64,000 bases of DNA, from positions 3-64,002 of the forward strand of contig JAUSGG010000162.1 in the NCBI GenBank assembly GCA_030649165.1, given 5' to 3'. A program made the translations under genes and the position numbers. Under the pieces are notes generated by a model. It was given only the letters and a program-made list of their open reading frames with translations. It ran no database searches and was not told the DNA's origin. The stretch's first letter is position 1, and the number at the start of each line of letters is the position of its first letter. This document shows, piece by piece, positions 9,762-18,999 of this stretch. The stretch is from Armatimonadota bacterium. Lineage in GTDB: Bacteria > Armatimonadota > UBA5829 > JAUSEB01.

Positions 9762-10858
9762 ACCTGCTCCTCCGCTGGTTTCATCTCCGCAAGAGCCGCG
9801 TCCGCCGCGGAGACGGGGGAGTAGAGCTTGAAGAAACGGAGCGTCGTGTAGATGAAGAGAACAAACAGAAGTATGACCACGACGCTGTGTGGGTGGAAGA
9901 GCAACAGCTTGTCAGGCTGGAGCGAAGGCACGATCAGCACGTATCTTTCCAGCGCAAATCCGACCAGCGCCAACACGGCCACCGGCGCAAGCCAGCGCGG
10001 GTTCTGTTTGAGCCGGCGGCTCTGCAGGAACAAGAACGGGATTGCGTAGCCGAGGATGAAGGCGGTCCAGCCCAACCACGGCCAGGGTCCGCGGTAGTAT
10101 CGAAGCACGAGGAAGGGTGTCTCCTCGGGCAGGTTTCCGTACCAGATGGTCAGGTATTGCGCGAAGAACAGTCCCATATCGAAAAGCGAGAACGCCAGCA
10201 GCAGGTTGCCCATGTCGTGGAATTGCGAGGGTCCCAGGTGTTTCTCCGCTCCCAGCCCGCGGCGCAGCGCCGCGGCCAGGAGGATCATAACGGCCATTCC
10301 CGCATAGAGATTGGTGCAGAAGAAATAGGGCGCGAACATCGTGCTGACCCACTCCGGGTCCAGCGACATTATGAAGTCGTACGCGACTACTGAAGACACG
10401 ACGCAGTAAACCATGATCACGGCCACGGAGATGGCATTGAGCCGATGGTGATCGCGGTGAGTGATGGGCTCTCCTCTCGCGCTCTTTGCGTCGGCGTTCA
10501 GGCTCCAGCGAACCATCAGGAAGCACAGGGTCCACAGCGCGCCCAGGCAGACGATCTCGCGAATGACGAAAAACGGGACGTTCAGCCAGGCCTCTTTGCC
10601 CGGAACGGGATGGCCGGCCCACGGAGCGCAGCATCGCACGCCGACAAGAACAGGCAGCAGGACCAGGACGGAAAACGGCGTAAAATAGATCGCCGACTGC
10701 GCTATACGATTCACGCTCGCGGCCCAACGGGCTTGAGCGACCCTGAACACCGCGGCCCACGCGAGCATGGCGGTCGTGACGCCGGCAAACAGCACGAAGG
10801 CAATGAGAAACCAGGCCCAGGCAGAGGACTGAGGACAGAAGAATGACGACAGGGTCAC
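9758..10858 (-). CDS. actF: ACIII NrfD-like integral membrane subunit (ActF-like)
   Basis: Polytopic membrane protein similar in character to ActC; GTG start at 10858 overlapping actD stop (GTGA); the longer 480-aa ORF N-terminus is an Arg-rich antisense artefact. Confidence 0.75.
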   Translation of the reverse strand: MTLSSFFCPQSSAWAWFLIAFVLFAGVTTAMLAWAAVFRVAQARWAASVNRIAQSAIYFTPFSVLVLLPVLVGVRCCAPWAGHPVPGKEAWLNVPFFVIREIVCLGALWTLCFLMVRWSLNADAKSARGEPITHRDHHRLNAISVAVIMVYCVVSSVVAYDFIMSLDPEWVSTMFAPYFFCTNLYAGMAVMILLAAALRRGLGAEKHLGPSQFHDMGNLLLAFSLFDMGLFFAQYLTIWYGNLPEETPFLVLRYYRGPWPWLGWTAFILGYAIPFLFLQSRRLKQNPRWLAPVAVLALVGFALERYVLIVPSLQPDKLLLFHPHSVVVILLFVLFIYTTLRFFKLYSPVSAADAALAEMKPAEEQV

Positions 10859-11370
10859 GCCTCCACCTCCTTCGTGTCTACTGCTCCCAAACCGCTCAGC
10901 ATTTCGGCCACTCTTGCTTTCTCTTTGCCTTTGCATAAAACGGCGATGCCGTAGCTGTCTCCGCTGAATCGGGGGTCGTAGTAGGCCGGCGGTTTGCGGG
11001 GGCCGAAGCGGGCGTACGCGAGGATTGCTATGAAGGCGGCGATGCCACCGAGGAGGATCGTGCCCTCGTAAGCCGGGATGACGTAAGGAATGTTCGAGAT
11101 CGGCGGCTTGCCGCCGACGATGATGGCATAGATCAGCGCGCTGAGAACGCACACGAGCCAGAAGGTCGCAAGTCCCACGAGAGCGCCGAACGTAGACCAA
11201 ATCCGCACGCCGCTGCCTTTTTTCGCCATGAGGTCCTCTATTCTGTCGAGATTTGTGGGGCCATAAGCCTCATAGCGGTAAACCCCGGACTCTTTCAGCG
11301 CTCGCAGAGCTTCTACGAAAGCGTGATAGTCCTCGAATCGCGCGACGACGCATGGGGTCTCTTCCGTCAT
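10855..11370 (-). CDS. actD: ACIII subunit ActD (DUF3341-type, two TM)
   Basis: 171 aa, MTEETPCVVARFEDYHAF... soluble N-domain + 2 TM; overlaps actC stop by 4 nt. Confidence 0.75.
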   Translation of the reverse strand: MTEETPCVVARFEDYHAFVEALRALKESGVYRYEAYGPTNLDRIEDLMAKKGSGVRIWSTFGALVGLATFWLVCVLSALIYAIIVGGKPPISNIPYVIPAYEGTILLGGIAAFIAILAYARFGPRKPPAYYDPRFSGDSYGIAVLCKGKEKARVAEMLSGLGAVDTKEVEA

Positions 11371-12695
11371 GCCTCGACCTCCTTGGGCAGAGCGTCATCC
11401 TTGGCCTCGCTCATCGGGACCGATGGGAAGAGCCTGACAAAGACCAGAAACAGGCCGGTGAAGAAGCCGTACGAGAAGCCCGTGACCAGAATCTCCACTG
11501 TTCTCGGCGCATAAACGGCCCAGGTGGAAGGCAGATAGTCGTGAGCGAGGGATACAACGATGATGACGAATCGCTCCAACCACATGCCAATCTGCACGAG
11601 GAGACAGGCGACGAAGAGGTATTTCAGATTGGTCCTGAGCTTCTTGAAGAAGAACGTGAACGGCACGACCACGTTGAAGGTGATCATCGCCCAGAAAAGC
11701 GGGCTGTAGTTCCACGAGCCCCAGGCGCGGAAGATGTTGAACTGCCGCTCGAACTTGTCCGCGCTGTACCAGCTCATGAAGCCCTCGACGCAGTACGCGT
11801 AGCCGATGATCGACGCTGTGAATATCATCAGCAGGGCCATTTGCTCGATCGCGTATCGGCTGAACAGACGCTCCAGGTTGAGGGCCTTCCGAAGCGGAAT
11901 GAGCAGGAGAATAACGGTGGCGAGCCCCGAGTGGATCGCGCCGGCGACGAAGTAGGGCGCAAAGATCGTCGTGTGCCAGCCGCGGACGACCGCCATGGCG
12001 AAGTCCCAGGAAACTACACTGTGCACGGAAATCACGAGCGGCGTCACCAGGGCCGCAAGGGCAAGATAGGCGCGGGCGTAGTGCCGCCATTGGTCGTACC
12101 TGCCGGTCCAACCCATCGCGAGAATCGTATACATCTTCTTCCGCCGGCCGTCCTGGGTCCGGTCTCTTGCGGTGGCGAGGTCCGGGACAAGCCCGAGATA
12201 GAAGAAGAGGGTGCTGATCGTGAAATATGTGCTGACCGCGATCACGTCCCAGACGAGCGGGGACTTGAAGTTCGGCCAGAGATGCCGCCAGTTGAAGTAG
12301 GGGAGTATCCAGTAGAAGACCCAGACCCGGCCGAGGTGGATGAGCGGGAACAGGCCGGCGGTCATTATCGCGAAAACGGTCATTGCCTCCGCCGCACGGT
12401 TGATGCGGTTTCTCCAGCTCGTGCGGAACAGGAAGAGTATCGCGGAGATGAGCGTGCCGGCGTGAGCGATTCCTATCCAGAAGACGAAGTTTGTGATATA
12501 GGTTGCCCAGCTTATCGGCACGGAAAGACCGGTGACGCCCATGCCGATGCGGTACTGGAATGAGTACGCGATGATCCCGACGACGACGAGCAGGGCGCAG
12601 ACGCCGACGGCGATCTTGTACCCCGGCGACCATTTGCCAAGCGAGGCCAGAACCTCATCGTCTATTCGGTTGAAGTTGTCAGTCTGCTGTGTCAT
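11367..12695 (-). CDS. actC: ACIII quinol-oxidising NrfD/PsrC-family membrane subunit
   Basis: 10-TM NrfD-like protein; likely start MTQQTDNFNRIDDE at 12695 (ORF extends to 12770 through R1 repeat). Confidence 0.85.
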   Translation of the reverse strand: MTQQTDNFNRIDDEVLASLGKWSPGYKIAVGVCALLVVVGIIAYSFQYRIGMGVTGLSVPISWATYITNFVFWIGIAHAGTLISAILFLFRTSWRNRINRAAEAMTVFAIMTAGLFPLIHLGRVWVFYWILPYFNWRHLWPNFKSPLVWDVIAVSTYFTISTLFFYLGLVPDLATARDRTQDGRRKKMYTILAMGWTGRYDQWRHYARAYLALAALVTPLVISVHSVVSWDFAMAVVRGWHTTIFAPYFVAGAIHSGLATVILLLIPLRKALNLERLFSRYAIEQMALLMIFTASIIGYAYCVEGFMSWYSADKFERQFNIFRAWGSWNYSPLFWAMITFNVVVPFTFFFKKLRTNLKYLFVACLLVQIGMWLERFVIIVVSLAHDYLPSTWAVYAPRTVEILVTGFSYGFFTGLFLVFVRLFPSVPMSEAKDDALPKEVEA

Positions 12696-12717
12696 GTTGA
12701 GTGTTGAGGGTTGAATG

Positions 12718-12755
12718 AAACCCCACCCCAACCCTCCCCTGAATGGGGAGGGAGC
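12718..12755. repeat. R1 hairpin repeat copy (inverted orientation)
   Basis: aaaccccaccccaaccctcccctgaatggggagggag between actB stop and actC start. Confidence 0.8.
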
Positions 12756-12798
12756 AGGTTCGCCTATCAATCTTACAAACCCTTAGAACCTTGGAACC

Positions 12799-15684
12799 CT
12801 AAGAACCCTCCACGATTTTCTTCAAATACAACACCGCCGTCTTTGTGTTGAGCTCCGCGAGGACCTGGTATGCGCGAGGGTCGTCTCTGAACGCTTTGGA
12901 AACCTGCGAGTCGGGGTCCATAAGGTCTCCAAATGCGAATACGCCGGTCGGGCAGGTTTGCGCGCAGGCGGGAACGATGTCGCCGTCTTTCAGTTTGCGG
13001 CCCTCGTGTTTGGCGACGATTTCAGCCTCGCGGATGCGCTGTATGCAAAACGTGCACTTCTCCATTACCCCGCGGCTGCGGACAGTCACGTCGGGGTTGA
13101 GTTGATAGTGCATCGGAGACGGCCATTCGTAGTCGAACCAATTGAACCGCCGCACCTTGTACGGGCAGTTGTTGGCGCAGTAGCGCGTGCCGACGCAGCG
13201 GTTGTAGATCTGCATGTTCACGCCCTCTTCGCTGTGCGCCGAGGCATACACCGGGCAGACCGGCTCGCAGGGCGCGGCGTCGCAATGCTGGCAGAGCATC
13301 GGCTGGAAGAGAATCGGGCTTTGCGACTTCCAGTCGACGTAGCGGTCGATGCGAATCCAGGACATCTCACGTTTGCGGTAAATGCCGTCCGGCCCCACTA
13401 CTCCAAGATTGTTTTCCGCGTAGCAGGCCGTGACGCACGCGCCGCAGCCGATGCATTTGTCGAGGTCGATGGCCATCGCCCAACGATGACCGGCGTGCTC
13501 GTGCCCGGGATAGAAGTCTTTCCACTTGTAGCCGGCCGGCAACGGGAGCGCGATCTCCTCTTCGCGTCTGAACGGTTTGTCCAGCGGCGTGGTCTGAACG
13601 ATATTCCTCCCGTTCTGACTGATGGCGCCCTTGATGCGCGTAAGCCATTTCGATTCGCCGGCCGGCGTTATCTCGACTGTCGGGCTTTCGGTATCGAGCA
13701 GCGGCAGAACGTTGGCGCCGATGCCCCTGGCGTAGCGCCCGTACTCCTCGTGTCCCTCGCCGATCGGGACGGCGACGGTGTCGGGCGCGACGCCGCTCGT
13801 GACGTACACTGGCACGCGGATGGCCGCGCCGCGGCGGGAGATGTCGATCAGGTCGTTGGTCTCCACGCCGAGCTTACTGGCCGTACGCGGATGAAGCTCC
13901 GCCCAAGTCCCCCAGACTCCGTGGATGATCGGATCGGGCATCTCCTGGAGCCAGCGCCGATTTGCGCCGCGGCCGTCGTAGAAGTAAATGTGCGGGTAGG
14001 CGTGGAGTTTTATGTCGCCCTTTCGTGGGGAAATGTCGGACAAGTCAGGCCTGTCGGACATGTCCGACGGAGCAGTAGGAGGCGGCGCCGGAACGGCGGA
14101 AGGTATTGGTTCGACCGACCATCCCATCGTCTGGTAACCGGTTGTGGGCGTAGCCGCTTCGCCGGAACCGGGCCAGCGCCCGCCGATCTGGACGTGGCTT
14201 TCCCACTCAGGGGAGCCGGCCCCCTGTGCTTCGCCGGGTGCAATTGCGATTCCCCACCTACGGCGGAGGTAATCGTAGAAGGTTTCGGCATGGAACACGG
14301 AACGAGGCTCGACGCCCGACGCCTTTGCCAATTCGATAAGTATGTCGCCGGTCTGTTTTGTGTCGAAAAGCTGTCCCATCACAGGCTGCATCAGGTTGAT
14401 GGTGTCCGGGTAGGGCGAGTAATCCCCCCACGTTTCGAGCGGAGCGCTTGAAGGCAGGACCCAGTGCGCCTGCGCCGTGGTTTCGTCCATGTAGCTCGAC
14501 AGGCTGACAACGGTCTTCACATGTTTCAGAGCTTCTTTGAATCCGGCGGACTGGGGAAGCGAGTAGACTGGATTTGCGCCGAAGACAACCAGAGCGTCGA
14601 TCTTGCCGGCTTCCATATCGGCGGTGAGGGCTGTCATCTCGCTTCGGCTTGAAATGTGCGTGACCGCATGCGGCCTGCCCGGGTCAGCAAGGCCGGTCGG
14701 CGAACGCCACTTGGCTTCGCTCGATGTTTCCGGCGCATTCAGGGCCATCGAGGCGCGAGCAGTTTCAGCGGAGCCGCCCGGAAGCGCCAGCGGAGCCTTC
14801 GCGTGTATGAACTCGTTCGACACTCGCGACAGACTTCTCTTGTCCAGGCCGTACTTGTGCGCCACCGGAGTCAGCGGGTCGTACGCAACGCCCAGCCATT
14901 TTGGAGAAAACGCTTCAGCTACTTGCGCTTCCGCCCCCGGCGGGACAATAATCCGCTCGTCGGCGTTCGCGGCGGTCATGGACATTCGTGGCCCGACATA
15001 AACAAACCTGGCGCGTTTGCCGTTCTTTATCTGCCGCATCTCGGCAAACCGGCGGGCGTATTCCACCGGCGAAATCCAGGTCTCCAGAAAATCCGCGCCG
15101 AAGGAGATCAGATGGTCCGCCGCCGCGATGTTGAACGACGGCACAACTCCGCCCGCCGCCGTCTTTATGTTTTCATAGTCGATCGGCTCGTACGTGACGA
15201 GGCGATCGGAACCGAGTGCGGCAAGCCATTCGCGCGTCAACGAGGCGAGTGAGCCGGTCTGCAGGTCAGTGACGAAGGCGATACGCTTGCCTTTCAATTC
15301 CGCGCCGACGGCGGAGACGGCTTCGTCCCATTTCGCTGCTGTGAATTCGCCGGAACTATCTCGGCGAAGCGGCCCTTTGATGCGGTCCGGGTCGTAAAGC
15401 CCGTGAAGCGCGGCCTGGCCGCGGGCGCAAAGCCTCCCCCGGTTGACGGGATGATGCGGGTTTCCCTCGCACTTCACGACGCGGGACTCTCTACTCCGCA
15501 GGACCATGCCGCAGCCGGCGGGGCATTCGCGGCAGCTCGTTGCATACCACGTGGAAACGCCGGGCACAAGCTCGTCGGGTTGGTGTATGTAGGGGACCAG
15601 GCGGTCGTACCCGAGGGTCATCAGGCCAAATCCGCCGAATGACACTCCGATTCCCTGTAGAAAGCCTCGTCGCGAGATGCGCAC
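12799..15684 (-). CDS. actB: ACIII molybdopterin-oxidoreductase-like/Fe-S subunit ActB (Tat-exported)
   Basis: Twin-arginine signal SRRGFLQGIG; N-terminal CxxCxxxC..C cluster; C-terminal 4Fe-4S ferredoxin-like Cys motifs; 961 aa. Confidence 0.9.
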   Translation of the reverse strand: MRISRRGFLQGIGVSFGGFGLMTLGYDRLVPYIHQPDELVPGVSTWYATSCRECPAGCGMVLRSRESRVVKCEGNPHHPVNRGRLCARGQAALHGLYDPDRIKGPLRRDSSGEFTAAKWDEAVSAVGAELKGKRIAFVTDLQTGSLASLTREWLAALGSDRLVTYEPIDYENIKTAAGGVVPSFNIAAADHLISFGADFLETWISPVEYARRFAEMRQIKNGKRARFVYVGPRMSMTAANADERIIVPPGAEAQVAEAFSPKWLGVAYDPLTPVAHKYGLDKRSLSRVSNEFIHAKAPLALPGGSAETARASMALNAPETSSEAKWRSPTGLADPGRPHAVTHISSRSEMTALTADMEAGKIDALVVFGANPVYSLPQSAGFKEALKHVKTVVSLSSYMDETTAQAHWVLPSSAPLETWGDYSPYPDTINLMQPVMGQLFDTKQTGDILIELAKASGVEPRSVFHAETFYDYLRRRWGIAIAPGEAQGAGSPEWESHVQIGGRWPGSGEAATPTTGYQTMGWSVEPIPSAVPAPPPTAPSDMSDRPDLSDISPRKGDIKLHAYPHIYFYDGRGANRRWLQEMPDPIIHGVWGTWAELHPRTASKLGVETNDLIDISRRGAAIRVPVYVTSGVAPDTVAVPIGEGHEEYGRYARGIGANVLPLLDTESPTVEITPAGESKWLTRIKGAISQNGRNIVQTTPLDKPFRREEEIALPLPAGYKWKDFYPGHEHAGHRWAMAIDLDKCIGCGACVTACYAENNLGVVGPDGIYRKREMSWIRIDRYVDWKSQSPILFQPMLCQHCDAAPCEPVCPVYASAHSEEGVNMQIYNRCVGTRYCANNCPYKVRRFNWFDYEWPSPMHYQLNPDVTVRSRGVMEKCTFCIQRIREAEIVAKHEGRKLKDGDIVPACAQTCPTGVFAFGDLMDPDSQVSKAFRDDPRAYQVLAELNTKTAVLYLKKIVEGS

Positions 15685-15859
15685 TACGATATGGTCTCCT
15701 CTTGCGGTTTCGGGAGCAAGACTCCTGAAACACCGGGATTACGGCTGTACGTCCGCTTGGCCGCCAATCCAGTATGTATTATATGTTTGCAGCGGATTTC
15801 CTACACACGGATTTCCTACACCTACCGCTGAGCATATTTTTGGGGTAAACTGGGCAGAA

Positions 15860-15943
15860 GGAGTCGAAAGAGTCGAAGGAGTCGAAAGAGTCGAGGACAA
15901 GAACTCCCTCTCCCTTGAGGGAGAGGGTTGGGGTGAGGGTGAA
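15860..15943. repeat. Tandem 9-mer (GAGTCGAAR)x4 followed by R1 hairpin
   Basis: gagtcgaaagagtcgaaggagtcgaaagagtcgagg ... ccctctcccttgagggagagggttggggtgagggtg. Confidence 0.85.
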
Positions 15944-15952
15944 AGTTTGGGC

Positions 15953-16669
15953 ATGATCGCGAGCGTTTGGGGCGCATTTATTGTCGGTCTTGCGGCAGGA
16001 TTTGCCGCTACGCCGCATTGTTTGGGGATGTGCGGGGGATTTCCGCTGCAGCTTGCGAGGTCGTCACACCGGCGACTGGCGACGTTGAGGCAGGCGCTTT
16101 TTGTGATCGGCAAGACCTTCACGTACATGTTCCTGGGGGCGCTGGCCTCGGCGCTTGGGATCGTTTTGTTGAAAGACACCTCGCTCGCCGCCGCGGCGCT
16201 GCGCGCGGCGGGGGGGCTTATTACCGTCGTGTTCGGCCTTTCGATGGTCGGGGTGAGGATTCCGTCGATAGGGCCTTTGCGGCGCATATCGGATATGGGC
16301 GTGGTTCGCGGTTTGTTCGCGCCGGTACTGGCAAGTCCCGGCCCGGCCGCGGCGTTGACTCTTGGCCTGGGCGTCGGATTCCTGCCGTGCCCGCTTCCGC
16401 TGGCGATGCTCGCCGCCGCGGCCGCGTCGCACAACGTCACTTACGGAATGGCGCTGATGGCCGGGGTCGGGCTAGGCACGGCCCCCGGACTTCTCGCCGT
16501 TGGGCTTTTCGGCGTGGGCCTCGACCGCAGATTTGCGAGGTTTGGGATGAAGGCCGCGGGCTGTATTGTAATTATGATCGGTCTGCTCACTTTGGGCCGG
16601 GTCGTAGTGACAGCGGCACGACCGGCGGCGGAAGGTATTCCACCCTGCTGTTCACGTGCGGCGCCATGA
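15953..16669 (+). CDS. DsbD_2/TauE-like (COG2836) membrane protein, HCxxMCGG motif; probable cbb3 assembly/Cu-delivery partner of CcoI
   Basis: ATG at 15953 immediately after repeats (upstream part of 330-aa ORF translates repeats); HCLGMCGG motif, 6 TM; stop overlaps ccoI start (ATGA). Confidence 0.75.
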   Translation: MIASVWGAFIVGLAAGFAATPHCLGMCGGFPLQLARSSHRRLATLRQALFVIGKTFTYMFLGALASALGIVLLKDTSLAAAALRAAGGLITVVFGLSMVGVRIPSIGPLRRISDMGVVRGLFAPVLASPGPAAALTLGLGVGFLPCPLPLAMLAAAAASHNVTYGMALMAGVGLGTAPGLLAVGLFGVGLDRRFARFGMKAAGCIVIMIGLLTLGRVVVTAARPAAEGIPPCCSRAAP

Positions 16670-18738
16670 CTCAGAACTCAGAACTCAGAACTCAGAACTC
16701 CTGCTCCTACTGCGGACTTCCGTTCGCCGGCCGCGGGTACTCGCCCGGCGGCGAGCGCAGCTACTGCTGCCGCGGCTGCTATCTCGTGGAGCAGATAGCC
16801 GGCGCGCGGGGCGAGGAAGGGATTGCCGCGTGGATACTGATCCGGCTCGGCGTCGGCGCGTTCCTGGCGATGAACGTGATGATGATCGCCGTCGTCCTTT
16901 ACGCGCAATCGGCGGCGGAGATCGGCGCGTCGGCGGTGAACGGCCTGCGTTGGGCCATGCTCATCCTTTCGACTCCGGCGATGATCATCCTCGGCGGGCC
17001 ATTCGCAGTGGGGGCGATCAGGGATTTGAGGCGCCTCCGGCTGAGCGCTGATGCGCTCATCGTGACCGGGTCGCTGGCGGCTTTTCTCGTAAGCGCGGCC
17101 CACGTTGTCCGCGGCCCCGGCGAGGTGTACTTCGACACCGCGACAATGCTTTTGCTCATCGTCACGTTCGGCCGGCTTCTGGAGGCGGCGGCGCGGGTCA
17201 GGACCTCGCGGGCGATTCAGGAGATGATCGATCTGACGCCCGACACGGCGCGAGTGGCGCGTGACGGGCGCGAGGAGGAGATACCGTGCGATGAGGTCGT
17301 TCCGGGAGATATGATGGTCGTGAAACCCGGCGAGCGGATTCCGGTGGACGGACGTATTGTCTCGGGGCGCTGTCTGGTTGAGGAGTCCGCCTTCACCGGA
17401 GAGGCCCGGCCGCGCGCGTGTGGTCCAGGGGAGGAGGTTTTCGGCGGAAGCGTGAGCTGCGACGGCTTGTTGACTGTGGAGGCGACCGCGGCGAAGTCGG
17501 ACTCGCTCCTCGCGCGGATTCAGGACGCCGTGCGCCAGGCGCAGCGGAACCGGGCGCCGGTCGAGCTGCTGATGGAACGGGTGTCGTCGGTCTTCATACC
17601 GGTCGTGTGGGCTGCGTCGGCCGCCGCGTGGCTTTACTGGGGCGCGGCGCGCGGGGATATGGAAAAGGCCGGGCTGTCGGCGTTGGCTGTGCTCGTCGTG
17701 GCTTGCCCGTGCGCGCTCGGGATAGCGACCTCGGTTGCGGCCTGCCTGGCGATAGGGAAGGCCGCTCGGGCCGGCGTGTTGATCCGATCGGGCGAGATAC
17801 TGGAGCGGTTGCCGAAGATCAGGCAAGTCTTCTTCGACAAGACGGGAACTCTCACTGAAAACCGAATGTCGGTCTCGCGGATTAGCGCGGCGGGCGTCCC
17901 TGAGAACGAAGCCCTGGCGTGGGCGGCGTCGGTTGAGATGGGGAGCGGACACGTTATCGCGAACGCGATTGTCGAGGCGGCGCGCGCCCAGGGGATTCGC
18001 CTTGGCGATGTAAGCGAGCTTCGCGTATTTCCGGGTATGGGGGTGCAGGGTCTGGTGACTCTCGACGGCGATGCGAAGCTCGTAACCGCCGGCTCAGTCG
18101 GGCTGCTCGCCGAAGAGCATCGGATGCCGCAAATGCTGCTTTCGACGCCGGACGGGCTCACTACCGTGTACGCCGGCTGGGATGGTGAGGTCCGTGTCGC
18201 CATTTCGCTCGACGACAAAGTCCGCCCGGAGGCGCGCGCGGCAATCGAGGCGCTGCGGGCGGAGGGGATTCGGACCGCCGTCATTTCGGGCGACCGCGAG
18301 GGCCCGACCGTGCGGCTTGCAAGAGAGTTGGGTGTGGATGACGTTCTCTTCGAGCGGCGGCCTGACCAGAAAGCTGAAGCGGTCCGAAAGGCCCGGCAAG
18401 CGCTGGGCGGAGCGGCGATGGTGGGGGATGGGATAAACGACGCGCCCGCTCTCGGCGAAGCCGACGTGGGCATAGCGACCGGCGGAGGCGCCGACCTGGC
18501 GCGGCAGTCGAGCGACGTTACGCTGCTTGGAGATGATCTGTCGCGTATCCCGTGGGTGTTGGACCTGGCAAAGCTGACGTACGGGATAATCCGGCAAAAC
18601 CTGGCCTGGGCTTTCGGCTACAACTGCGCCGCAATCTGCCTTGCGTTTCTCGGTTACGTCCATCCGCTGATAGCGGCGGGGGCGATGGTGTTCAGCAGCT
18701 TGAGCGTTATTCTGAATTCGATGAGACTGGTGAGGTAG
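16666..18738 (+). CDS. ccoI: Copper-translocating P1B-type ATPase (CcoI/FixI-like)
   Basis: N-terminal Cys-rich Zn-ribbon (CSYCG..YCCRGC), TGE, CPC, DKTGTLT, GDGINDAP motifs; ATG at 16666; 5' 700 bp of the 923-aa ORF is antisense junk. Confidence 0.9.
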   Translation: MTQNSELRTQNSCSYCGLPFAGRGYSPGGERSYCCRGCYLVEQIAGARGEEGIAAWILIRLGVGAFLAMNVMMIAVVLYAQSAAEIGASAVNGLRWAMLILSTPAMIILGGPFAVGAIRDLRRLRLSADALIVTGSLAAFLVSAAHVVRGPGEVYFDTATMLLLIVTFGRLLEAAARVRTSRAIQEMIDLTPDTARVARDGREEEIPCDEVVPGDMMVVKPGERIPVDGRIVSGRCLVEESAFTGEARPRACGPGEEVFGGSVSCDGLLTVEATAAKSDSLLARIQDAVRQAQRNRAPVELLMERVSSVFIPVVWAASAAAWLYWGAARGDMEKAGLSALAVLVVACPCALGIATSVAACLAIGKAARAGVLIRSGEILERLPKIRQVFFDKTGTLTENRMSVSRISAAGVPENEALAWAASVEMGSGHVIANAIVEAARAQGIRLGDVSELRVFPGMGVQGLVTLDGDAKLVTAGSVGLLAEEHRMPQMLLSTPDGLTTVYAGWDGEVRVAISLDDKVRPEARAAIEALRAEGIRTAVISGDREGPTVRLARELGVDDVLFERRPDQKAEAVRKARQALGGAAMVGDGINDAPALGEADVGIATGGGADLARQSSDVTLLGDDLSRIPWVLDLAKLTYGIIRQNLAWAFGYNCAAICLAFLGYVHPLIAAGAMVFSSLSVILNSMRLVR
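16669..16698 (+). repeat. Heptanucleotide tandem repeat (ACTCAGA/CAGAACT) x4.3 inside codons 2-11 of ccoI
   Basis: atg actcaga actcaga actcaga actcaga actcc; unit length 7, not a multiple of 3. Confidence 0.9.
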
Positions 18739-18999
18739 CCGTTTAACGAGGAAAACAGGAAAGAGCAAAGAGTCCCGCGATTGCAGACGGGCGCGTCCCA
18801 AGTACGTGGGGAGTTAATCACGAAAGCACGAAAGGACGAAAACACGGAATATTTGGGCGATTGATCTGATCTGTAATGCTGAGCCGCCTTTCCTCGTCGT
18901 TAAATCTTAAGGAGGAGGTTGGCCGGCGTGTGCATAAGTTAGGTTGAACTGTGCGCCGGACGGAGTTGTCCGGTTAAATAATGACAGGAGGTATGGTAT

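Noticed and set aside
11253-14451. Large ORFs 11253..12563 +, 11395..12633 -, 12958..14451 +
   Set aside because: Shadow frames of actC/actB which carry unmistakable NrfD and Fe-S/Tat motifs
15677-15952. N-terminal 92 codons of the 330-aa ORF and 5' 700 bp of the 923-aa ORF (15967..16665)
   Set aside because: Upstream extensions translate intergenic repeats (VEGVERVEGVE, LEGEGWGEG) or run antisense through the TauE-like gene; true starts are ATG 15953 and ATG 16666
16678-17952. 424-aa minus ORF and other ORFs inside ccoI
   Set aside because: Antisense of P-type ATPase with intact DKTGT/GDGINDAP motifs
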